DNA of 64,000 nucleotides from Podarcis pityusensis (Eukaryota): NCBI GenBank assembly GCA_964106645.2, contig OZ067042.1; one strand, written 5' to 3'. The notes under the pieces are model-generated. The model saw only the letters and a program-made list of their open reading frames with translations. It did not search any database and was not told the origin of the DNA. This document shows positions 13,099 through 24,264 of the stretch, piece by piece (position 1 is the first letter of the stretch; the number at the start of each line of letters is the position of its first letter). A program made the translations under genes and the position numbers.

Positions 13099-13745
13099 TA
13101 TGCCGTATTCCCAGATTTGGTCTTTGCTGGGTCGAGGACATCCAGAACCTGAGCAGATAACAGGAACACCTTGACAGTATTTCCCTTTGTTCTGCAGTGG
13201 AGGATCTGTTTGGATGCAAAACTTTCACAATATCCAAGAGAAAAAGAGTTCCACAATTGTGAGCAGCACAATGTAATAATATTACCCAATCATGTGAAAA
13301 CAGAATGTTCTGGTGTGGTGTTTTTAAGGGTATAGAGCACTGGTAGGGAACCTATGGCCCTCCAGCTGTTGTTGAGCTCTTATCATCCCCAGCCACCATG
13401 GCCAGTGGTCAGGGTTGGCGAGAGATGTCGTCCAACAACAGCTGGGCAGCTACTGGTCTAGAGCAATCACAACCTGTCCTTAGCCTCTGCAGTCAAGTTC
13501 CAAATCTGTAAGAATGAAAGAGCTGCGTCAACCAAGGTTGAGAACCTGTGACTCTCTAGATGTTGTTGGGCTCCAATCCCCATCAGCCCCAGCCAGCATG
13601 GCCAACAGCCAGGAAGCTACAGTCCAAAAACATTTGGAGAGCAGCATCCATAATTGTTATATTGCTCTAATGGAAGACTCATCTTTTGCTTGATCCACAT
13701 AAAGAGAAAATTAGGCTTTGCTTGATCCACGTAAAGAGAAAATTA

Positions 13746-14104
13746 GGGACGCGGGTGGCGCTGTGGGTAAAACCTCAGCGCCTAGGACTTGCCGATTGCA
13801 TGGTCGGCGGTTCGAATCCCCGCGGCGGGGTGCACTCCCGTCGTTCGGTCCCAGCGCCTGCCAACCTAGCAGTTCGAAAGCACCCCCGGGTGCAAGTAGA
13901 TAAATAGGGACCGCTTACCAGCGGGAAGGTAAACGGCGTTCCGTGTGCTGCGCTGGCTCGCCAGATGCAGCTTGTCACGCTGGCCATGTGACCCGGAAGT
14001 GTCTGCGGACAGCGCTGGCTCCCGGCCTATAGAGTGAGATGAGCGCACAACCCTAGAGTCTGGCAAGACTGGCCCGTACGGGCAGGGGTACCTTTACCTT
14101 TACC
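13746..14104 (+). mobile_element. Sauria SINE, full length
   Basis: gggacgcgggtggcgctgtggg head, B box GGTTCGAATCCC, tail ggggtacctttacctttacc. Confidence 0.92.
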
Positions 14105-14212
14105 CACGTGTGTACAGTAAGCCCGCAACTTACATGCATTACTAAGTTGGTAAAGACTGTACCAGATGCATTTGGATGTGGCTGTGTGGGAAACAGAATA
14201 CTGATCTGACCC

Positions 14213-14492
14213 CAGGGCTGTCTTACCCATAGGCGCTAGGGGTGTAGGGCACCCGAGCTCTCACGGGCGCCAGGTCGAGAGTCCGGGGCCCAAGAGTTGA
14301 GTCTGGGGAAGAGCCCATCAGTCGGTCGGAATGGGCTCTTCTGCTGTGGGCGGCTCTGCGCCGTGAGTTTGGGGGCGACCGAGCCAGTGAGATGCTGAGG
14401 CGGGCAGCTGGCTCCACCCTCCTGCGCAACTGGGGGGGGGGCGCCAGGCAGATCTTTGCACCCCAGCACTGAATATGCTTAAGACAGCCCTG
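14213..14492. mobile_element. GC-rich hAT MITE
   Basis: Perfect 13-bp TIR CAGGGCTGTCTTA / TAAGACAGCCCTG; exact 8-bp TSD TCTGACCC. Confidence 0.88.
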
Positions 14493-15711
14493 TCTGACCC
14501 ATTAAGGTCATTCTTGCGTCCTTATTTAAACTCCATTTTAAAATCATGTGCATGGGCAGGGTTCATGGAGAGAAAACGTCCCCAAAGCGTGAGTAAAATA
14601 GTTTTGACAACCATTAATTCAGGTGTGCTCTTTAAACAATTTTATGTAATGTTTAAACCAGGGTGGTAAAATCCCAAGAAGATTATCAACAAAGAACCTA
14701 TCCAAACATAGGGGACTGTCAGCAAAATGATAGATGAGCTTCTGCATAACTAAAGGCCAAATGACATTGGGACAAAAAACCCTAAGTTCACACAGGCTGA
14801 ACAGGTGAAACAGAGCATGCAAGTGAGTGCTATTCTACCTTTGCCATAATATACACAGTGGCAGCAGAGGTCAACACGCACCTGCAACTTTTTGACACAC
14901 AAGATATATTAAAATATATTTTCAGCTCTTAATAACTTACGATAACCTACAATATTAAGGGAAATATGCCTTCGTATTTCGAGGAGTAACTCCCAATGTA
15001 ATGAAATCTGGAACTAGCATAGCACAAGTCCACTCCTTAAACAGAGCTTATTCCTCTTGCCCCTTTCTGGCGCCTGGTGTCCTCACAATCTGTTCCCAGA
15101 GGAATTGGGGACCCTCTGGAGGAGACTTTTGAGGACATGGGGAGGCAGAACAGGAAGAGGGAAAAGAAGAATCAAAAGTCATATTGCATAGGCGTATCTT
15201 CATTGCATAAGTAGGCAGATACTGGGTGCAAGTGGATCATTGTGCAGATGTTTTCACAACAAACACAACAGTTCAAAAAGTATTTATTACACTAAAGATT
15301 TGGACATCCTGTGGGAAGGTAGAAATGCGTCATCCGGGTATAGCAATGCAGATTTCATTTTACATAATCTGACTAATTTGCTCAGTAGAGATTGTTTATT
15401 CACAGTAAGCCTTACGATCGGCTTATCACAAGGCAAATGAAAAGTTCATACAGAAAACATAGTCAAATAGTCTCAAGTATTTTTTTAAATGCCCTACATG
15501 AGTCACATTCAAAATTTGTGCATCTAATTCTAAAAGGTTATCACAGAATACTAAAAATTCACAAAACAGTAGTTTCTTCTGATTATTCTTTACTCGAATA
15601 TGAGCAAATGCCACTTCCACAAGATTAAAATAGTTTCTGTTTTTATAGTAATAAATCTGATGATAATTTACTTGTGCTTTGGCAGCAAATTTATAAATAA
15701 ATACAGCTGAA

Positions 15712-17042
15712 TTTATTTACACAACTAAAAATAACCAAATTTTTGAACACCCACCGTACAAAATAATAAGTAACTATTTCTGTGACTAGAAAACTAAGGC
15801 CTAGTTCTCACAAACAGCAGATGAGGTGGTAAACCTTTGTCTGAAATGTACCACTTTAGACTGCAGTTGGGGTTTCATGACTGAATAAAGTCACACAAAA
15901 ATAAAACTACCCATCTTCTAGACATGACAGTTTGTGTAAAGGAACATTTTTTCATGGGGAGTGTAGACCCAGTTGAGTGGATGAAGTGATTTTATTTAAT
16001 ATATATGGAAAATCCAAAGGAAAGTAATAGTTCTACAGCATTTCAGAAAACAGCTATTTCCTTACATTTCAACTGTATTATGAAATCTTTTGGAAAACTG
16101 TTTAGAATACCTGGAAACATGTGTAAAAAAGAAGAATTAGAAGATTAAACAACTTCCCTGAAATTATTCTGAAATACCCACACTGAGAGATAGAAAATGG
16201 TTATCTTAATTTCCAGTGCATGCTGTGGAAACCATGTTAGCATATCTCCAGTGGAATTACAGGAAACAGAATGAAAACCTATGCATTTAATTATTCTAGT
16301 CTCAAACTGCAGTTATAGGCTGCAACCCTGAGCATGACTGAACATGTGATTATTTAGGTTTTGGGTACTCATTTTGATCATCTGCAGGTAGGAGATCTTG
16401 CTACGGAGATTTGTACTGAAGTCTAGTAGGCTTATTATTGTCAAACTACTGGATTTTTAAATAGAAACTTGATGAATGCAGGTAAGGATCCTCCTTCAGG
16501 AACTTTATTACCACAATAAAAGCAACAGAAAAATCAGGAACTTTGCAAACAAATTCTTTTATAAAGTGCTTATGAAATCTACAAACATGATCAAAATTAA
16601 TTTAAAAAACCGAAATCAATACACATTCTACCAAAAACAAAGGGGGGGGGGGAGCCACCTTTGTGCATTAAATAAAAAAAAATGGAAGTGCCTTTTTCGT
16701 AAGTAGTTTGGTCCAGTGCAGTTCTTAAGAAAAACAAAACTTGTTTTCCACAAAAAGAAAGGAAGGATTTTTAATCCTGTAGAGGGGAGCGGGGAGTGTT
16801 CATACCCTAAAAGCACCAAATCCATATATTCTTCAGCAACAAATGTTCTTCATATAATCCCACATAATCCATACATTTATAATTAGTTAAGTGCAAAAAC
16901 AAAACAAAAAAATCACCTATTTCTTATATATTCACATCAGTTGCAGCACAAAAAATTGGGGGGGGGGGAGATAATTAGTGCAACAAATTCTGTTTCCCTA
17001 TTCTTCAGTGCAAACACTTTGTCTTATTCCCATCTTCCAGAT
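15712..17042 (-). other. MED12L: MED12L 3'UTR; candidate AATAAA at 16509-16504, 15996-15991 and 15717-15712
   Basis: AT-rich stretch without recognisable repeats after the stop; the true 3' end cannot be fixed from sequence. Confidence 0.55.
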
Positions 17043-17095
17043 TCAGAAGTTTGAAGGATGGCCATATGGATTCACACCTTGCTGCGGCTGGTTAC
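17043..17095 (-). CDS. MED12L: MED12L terminal coding exon (SNQPQQGVNPYGHPSNF*)
   Basis: Acceptor cctag|GT AAC, stop TGA at 17045-17043. Matches the recalled MED12L C-terminus NQPQQGVTPYGHPSHF. Confidence 0.93.
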
Positions 17096-17918
17096 CTAGG
17101 AAATGGGGGTGAAGGGGGGAGAACGTGCCCAAATGTTAAAATCCTGTGCCAAGTTACTGAAGTCAATGAGATTTAATGCCGGGTTAATGTGCGGAGGAGC
17201 CCCACTGATTTCAAAAAGAACGTATTGGCAAGTATAGATAAACTAGTGGCAAACGGTACCCAAATCAAATACATTACAACTCTGCGTTTTCGGTTATTTA
17301 ATGGGGAATAGAGGTCACTGAACAACTCTCAGTATCCTTAAACTCCAGTTCCCAGAAATCTTTGGGGGGAAAGCCATGACTGTTTAAAGTGGTATCAAGG
17401 CATTTGAAACCTATGGCGTGAAAGTGCCTTAGCTTCAACAGCCACCTAGAATCACAGCTAGTGGTGATCCTACAAACGAACATTTCAGTGGACCATATTT
17501 CCCATGAATGTGTGTGGATCGGTGTTCGGGATGTCTTATCGCTAACAAAAATATTCATCAAGTGTAAGGTCTGACCATCAAAGCCCTATTGCAAAAAAAT
17601 GGCACCTGAGGATGCTGTGTCAGAGAGTTGCTGCGACAGAATTATGATAAACGTAAAGCAGGGCAGTTGAACATGTAGCCCACGACACTGGCCATCACCC
17701 ATGTGTTGTGGTTTGTCATGTGCTTGACAACCTCACCCTTATTTGATTTTATTTTTTGCAGTGCCAAACAGGTAGCAAAACCAAGGATTGCTACATATGG
17801 CTGGTAGTGGGAAGCATTTGGCTTGATCTGTAGAAGTTGTATGATTTAGAACCAAAAAATTAGCACATTTCGTGGCTTGCAAGTGTCTGGTTTCACTGCC
17901 CTGGCTTCCCTCCTTATA

Positions 17919-18250
17919 GGTAAAGGTAAAGGGACCCCTGACTATTAGGTCCAGTCATGACCGACTCTGGGGTTGCGGCGCTCATCTCGCTTTACTGGCC
18001 AAGGGAGCCGGCGTACAGCTTCCGAGTCATGTGGCCAGCATGACTAAGCCGCTTCTGGTGAACCAGAGCAGCACATGGAAACGCCGTTTACCTTCCCGCC
18101 GGAGTGGTTCCTATTTATCTACTTGCACTTTGATGTGCTTTCGAACTGCTAGGTGGGCAGGAGCAGGGACCGAGCAACGGGAGCTCACCACCGACCTTCT
18201 GATCAGCAAGTCCTAGGCTCTGGTTTAACCCACAGCACCACCCGCGTCCC
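17919..18250 (-). mobile_element. Sauria SINE with internal deletion
   Basis: ggtaaaggtaaa tail to cgcgtccc head; 13-bp TSD ttccctccttata at 17906 and 18252. Confidence 0.9.
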
Positions 18251-18859
18251 TTTCCCTCCTTATAAAGTACAGGCAACTCCCAGTTTAGGCTCATCCAAAT
18301 GATGCACAATTGCACATACACACATGGCACCAAATTTGGAAGTAACCCCATGTCCTTATGAAAAGGGGGACAGCAGGAGCGGGGTGGAGGGGGAATGGGG
18401 CGAAGCTGGGCAGAGTGGGCTTTTGTGTGCTCTGCTTACACATGTAGAGGTCTGGGACGGAAGCTCCTCCACAAAACTAGGATTGCCTGTACCAATTCCT
18501 CTCCTTTGGGAACTGTAGCCCTGGAGAAGCATAAGTTACTCAGTTGCTTCTCTCACAAACACTTGCCGGTTAAACCAGTTTTAAAAGTTTGACCAACTAT
18601 TTTGAGTATTCTGGGTGTGAGCTATACAACTTAGATGTACATCCGTGACAGATCATATCCAATAACCAGACCTACCCCTACTGATCAACAGCATCCATGC
18701 ACTTGGCAATTTTCAGGTTATAGGCCTTATCACAAACTAAACTACTTTAAACCAGAACTGACTACATCAATATTTATTACTTGCGGAAAGTTAACTGGCA
18801 GAAAATGTACTTCCCAGCTGTAGAAACACAAAATACTTTATCCAGTGCTGCATACTTAC

Positions 18860-18941
18860 TTGACAGCTGTTTTTGGAGTTGTCTGACGAGGGCAGCCGTC
18901 TGTTGTTGCTGTTGTGTCTGCTGCAAGCCTTGTCTTGGAAA
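18860..18941 (-). CDS. MED12L: MED12L exon FPRQGLQQTQQQQQTAALVRQLQKQLS
   Basis: ag|TTT...A|gtaagt, 82 bp, phase 0/1; conserved MED12-family C-terminal motif. Confidence 0.95.
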
Positions 18942-19346
18942 CTGCAATATTCAACACCAGGAAAAAAAAAATTTCAGCAACACACTAGCAGGTATACCTA
19001 CAATGCCTGCAATGTATTCTTGCCAAGCTGAGAAGAAAGATGCCACTTATGAGAGTAATGAGAAATAACCCTTTCATTCTAGTCTAGCTTGCACATTAAA
19101 TCTGTGACTGAAACCAAACTTCTCTTCTCCTCCTCTTGGAGGAATCCATGTGAAACAATCGGCTTGGCCTGGTAGATCAGGCTTCTAATATCTCAGTTCA
19201 GTTCAGGTTGATCAGTGCATTAGTGCAAGGATACTGGGCCACACCTGTTTTGGTGAAGATATTGCTGTGCAGAACATCTTGGGTGTAAGAATCATGTGAG
19301 TGAAGAGGCAGCCCTCTTTTACTCACAGGAAGATGCAATATAAAAA

Positions 19347-19677
19347 CATACCCTCCAACATTTCTCCGATGAAAATAGGGATGTCCCATTCCATAATGAT
19401 GATTTTACTATTTATACGTCACACATCTTACTGGGTTGCCCCAGCCACTCTGGGCAGCTTCCAGTATATATAAAAACATAATAAAGCATTAAACATTAAT
19501 AAAACTTCCCTATACAGGATTGAGTTCAGACGGCTTAGGGGTCGGAGAACTCCATATTTCTCCCATGAAAATAGGAACATCCTAAGGAAAAGTGGGACAT
19601 TTGGGGATCAAATCAGAAACTGGGACAGCTTAACTAAATTGGGGGTGTCCCTGGAAAAGTCTCCCTTGGAGGGTCTG
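19347..19677. mobile_element. hAT-like MITE with a nested L2-like 3' fragment (about 19400-19555)
   Basis: Ends cataccctcc / ggagggtctg and internal gggaca repeats; the nested part resembles 32440-32680. Confidence 0.55.
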
Positions 19678-22645
19678 TAAAAAGAGGGCTCAAAACTCAG
19701 CCCCACCTTTACAACTATGTATCAGAGTAAGGCATCAGCAAATCCAATGCTGTTCAGGTCTGTCATTGTTGGCTCCAGCCATGAACCTGAGAGGGAAGTG
19801 GTACAGTCTCTTGCCATCTCTGTCACACAACTGCAAAACTTCTCACATTCTCAGCTGGAAGCAGAAAGTGGTGGTCTTAAGTAAGAAGCCAGGCAGGTAG
19901 GGGCTGGCTGAGGGCAAACTGAGGTTGATGGGGTAGTGCCTCATTTGCCCTAAGGACAAGCCTACACTGGATTTGGAGACACTGGATTTAGAGACAACCC
20001 CAGAGTCAGTCACGACTGGACCTAATGGTCAGGGGTCCCTTTACCTTTTCCCTTTACCTAGTTGCAAAGAATTCTCTTGGACACTGGATGAACCCCCCCC
20101 CCCATTAGTTTCTCCAAACAAGTCCAAGAACCTAGAAGGGGAGCCAGGGATGGGGAGAAATAGGACTGACAACTCAGGATGACTGGAGGAAAGAGAAAGA
20201 TTATGCCAAGATGTTGCGATGCCATTGTGAATCAGAAAACCTTGAAAACCCATGTTTTCTCCAGAGTACTGGACTTGGGGAGCTGACTCCAGCCCAGTTT
20301 ATTCAGCATTGTACAGAGAATATGGTAAGTTAACAGCGATACACAGCGGGCTCCTTAAAAAGCACCACAGAGCTGTAAGGTAAAAAAAACCTGCAGCTAG
20401 ACTGGCTTTAACCAGCTGGGGTAAACTGCCCTTCTCATCAACAGATGGTCATGATTCCTGACAAGGGATCATCTCTTAAACCATTTAAAGAATGCTTATC
20501 GGCCTCCATATACTCCAAGGGTGAACAATAAATGTACATACAACAAAATTCTTCTCCCCTCCCCTAGTAAGAATTCACAGATCCACAGATTTTTATGGAC
20601 AAACCTTCAGGTCCTTCAGACATTATATCCTGTAAAGTATGATGGTGGTGGTGATAAAACGTCACACATGCAATACTGACAACAATATAACATTTGATGC
20701 TCTGTGCCTTAGATGTTTAGCCAACAATCTGAATGACCCTGGCATGAAACCGCACATGTATTTTGGAGTGCTGGAATAAGGGGTCACTTGGTACTCTTTT
20801 CTATTTTGTTTTCTAAGAAAGAAAATTAGAAAGTTCAAGCTTTAGCATCTTTTTCCTATGTTCATTCAGAAGATAATGGATCCCTCTGGAATTGTTCTTT
20901 CAAGTTGTTGGAGGGTTCAGCAACTGGAGCTGTGTTCCCAGTATTTTGTTGGAAGTTTAGAAGCCTACATTCTCATCTAGCTAATAATATTTTCCATACA
21001 TCCAAGTAATAAATTATACATTCATATTCCTTCAGTTATACAGAGGAAATGTTCAGCTGCTGGAGGCATGCGTACATATTATGAAGCCGATAATGAAAAT
21101 AAAACCCGCTCTATATCAGGTATCATGTATGCAAATGAACTTTAAAGGGGAAATGCAAGCTGAGTTTGAAAAGAAAACAGAGATATTTCAGTAAAAATAA
21201 AGCTAATATAAGACAGTGCAAAGGGTTCTCAGATGGAAAGGTTGGCTAGTATACATACATCTCTCTTTCATTAGAGCATGTTTGATCCTTTTGCATGTCA
21301 AACTCTACCATGCAACCCAACTGTGTATGAAATGTGTGCATGCATGAGAGTCAGCAGCCTTTATGATTAATGTTATGCATACTGCTGAAGCTCTCAAGCA
21401 TTCTTCACTCACAGTCTCACTGAGCCATGGATGTTGTAGTGTTGTTGAGCAAAGCAGGCTAACCCGATTCTGAAGGGCCAGAAAATCCCTTCCATAGAAA
21501 TCTGTGCTCTTTGTGCTCAGAATATGAATTTCATGAAATTCTGGTTGAAGGAACCATTTCTATAAAATGTACTTGCTGTCCTTTACCTCCTTATTTAACA
21601 CAACATAGCTGTGGATAAGTTGGACAGTTATGTCCAACTGTCAGGGAAACACCCCCAATCCCAGTTACATTATTTCTGGGATATGTAATTCTTGCTGCAT
21701 TATACCTTTCCTGAAACCCCAAAGTAAAACCTGAAAGTGCATATTTTGGCTATACAATTGGTGAAGATTTATTAAAATAACAGTTTAACAATAAAAGTTT
21801 GACCGAGACATAAATTAGATTTGAAGCTTGTTCGTTGCAAGTAACCTGCCAAATGCTTTAAAAAGAGTTCGGCTGCCCTGACAAATAAATGGAAACTCTG
21901 TCTAATGCCTGTTTACCATATGTTATCCCCGTAAGTCTAATATACAGATTTGCTTTATCATTCTTGAGAATTACAGTTTTCTCTGGACATCTTCAGAATT
22001 GCATTTTTCATTATTGGGTGCAGATCAGTAGGGAGGCCGGCATGACAACTTAATGGAAAAAAAGTATTTTTACTATTTTACAGCGGGCCAAAAATAAATA
22101 AAAAGTGCAAAGAACATTTGTATCTTAAAACTACAACATGTGCCTAATGTGCTCTTTTGGTTTGATTTACTGCCTATGTTTAGGCAGTTGCCATAGATGT
22201 GTTAAGTTTTCAGGATGAATAAATTCACATCCTGAAATTTAAAGTCAGATATTTCAAGGGCTTTGAACTGCCTCCACAAACTCTTTCCAGAGGCTTTTCA
22301 AGCAAATGAGTAGGGAGAGTGGGCTCAGTTTTAATGCTTGAACTAATGCTATAAATCAGGGGTTGCCAGGGGGCCCTCTAGTTATTCTTGGACTACATTG
22401 CCCATCATGCCTGAACACTGGCCATGTTGGATGATACCAGCTGGAATCCAATCCTATATGTAGGATTAACAACAAAATATCCAACCCCACGTGCCATTTT
22501 TCTGCCCAGTTTTTGGGTGCAGCACTTCCTTGTCTCTGGCAACATGTTAAGAAGCTATTCTACCTGAGGGAACTCAGCTCCACTTGGTGGAACTCATATG
22601 AGACATTTCATCCCTGTGTCCCAGGTTTTCTTGTGATGCCGTACT

Positions 22646-23092
22646 TGTTAGAATTCCTGCTCCATGATTGCAGTCATAGGATTGTTGTCTTTCACATGAC
22701 GATATATTTTGACTCTACAGAGAGGGAAGTGACGGAGACAGGATGTTTGTGTTACTGTGTTCCATGAAGTGGGACTATTGTCCTTTGTTCTTTCTCTCTT
22801 TGCTGTCTGATGCTAGAGAGAGAGGGAGCCATGTTGCAGTGCTCCGTGTGTGTTTATATGTAAATAAAGTAGATTAGCCAAAATGCTGAGTTGCTGAGTT
22901 CTGTCACACGCAAGTTGTGCAAACTCTGTGGATCCCTAAGTATGCCGGTGTCGGTTGGCATCGGTCGCTGTGATGTTTGGGCTGAAGAAAGCTTATGAAG
23001 CTCCTGAACGATCGACCAGGAGGAAGAGAACATGCCAGTCGGGCATATGTCTCTGCCAGAGTCCCACTTGAGTGTAGGCCGAACTCCTGGCA
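22646..23092 (+). mobile_element. Probable solo LTR
   Basis: TG...CA ends, TSD gtact/gtagt, internal AATAAA at 22863, CpG-richer than the flanks. Confidence 0.6.
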
Positions 23093-24050
23093 GTAGTGAC
23101 ACTGTCTGGTATCTGCATGCCCCTTTTCCCACCACAGATATGCCAGAGTGAACAAGGGGTCCTTTTCACAGTATAAGCTCCTACAAACAATAGACACATT
23201 ATTGTACACAAGTAAAACTAAAGATAAGGCATTAAGGATTACGGAACAGAACCCCCAAACCTTTCAATGTAAGCCAGAACCGTTCCCATAGACAAGCAGG
23301 TCAGGGAAACCCCTGCATTCCTTAAACTCCAATTTTATATTCAGCAAAAAGTTACCTTCTACACTAATCTATGTAAAGAATGCAGCTCAGCTTTGAATAA
23401 AAAATAAAAATGGAAGAGTCCAGAAGTGGGTTGGGTTGTTTAACAAACCTATGTGAGCGAGGTGGGATATTAGAACAGGACAGCCAAGACCTACTCCCAG
23501 GAGAGAAGAGAAGGCAGCAAATGGTATCCTAAAGGGCTTCTGGTAGGTCAACGAATACCAAAAAAACCTTTAGATCAGATAGGTCACTCTGCAATTTTGC
23601 TTATTTGCCTTACCTCGGCTATCATTACATTTAACCGATTGCAATTGATAAGGTCATTTTGGCATCGGAAATACTTTAACCATGTAAAAAATAATAATAA
23701 TCTAATGGTTAATAACTTGTTCCAAAATTATACATTAAAATATGTACACTTCTGTTGGGAAAGCAGGACTTAGAGGAGTAGATGAAATGGTTACAGATGC
23801 CCAAACCTACCTACTTGCATTGGATTAGTGCTTTATAGCTTTGTAAAACAGATTGATAGAACAATCAAAACAAAGCTGTCAAATAGACAACAGAAAAACA
23901 CCTACAAAGAAAGATGCCAATGAGAACATAATTTATCCTTTCAATACAGACAAATAATGCAGTCTCTGAAATAGCACAGTGACCGTGGGCACGGAGGCAG
24001 AGAAAGGTGGGGTTTCTAGTCTTAAATTCAGCAAAGGGTCTTCTCTACTA

Positions 24051-24264
24051 CAGCCATATCTCGAGTTGCGTTTGCTTCACATTGCGTTTTTTTCTGGTTA
24101 CGAATGCGGCAAACCCAGAAGTGTTTACTTCCGGGTTCGCTACTTTGCGCATGCTCAGGAGTGCTCTATCGCATCATGCGCAGAAGCGGTGCTCTACTTA
24201 CGGACTTTTCGGGGTGTGAACGGCACCCCGGAACGGATCGTGTCCATAAGTAAAGGTACCACTG
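24051..24264. mobile_element. Tc1/mariner-like MITE
   Basis: TA-cag...gtaccactg-TA ends; internal cccagaagt/acttccggg palindrome. Confidence 0.65.

Noticed and set aside
13746-13830. tRNA gene (A and B boxes)
   Set aside because: It is the tRNA-derived head of a Sauria SINE, repeated in many copies in the window.
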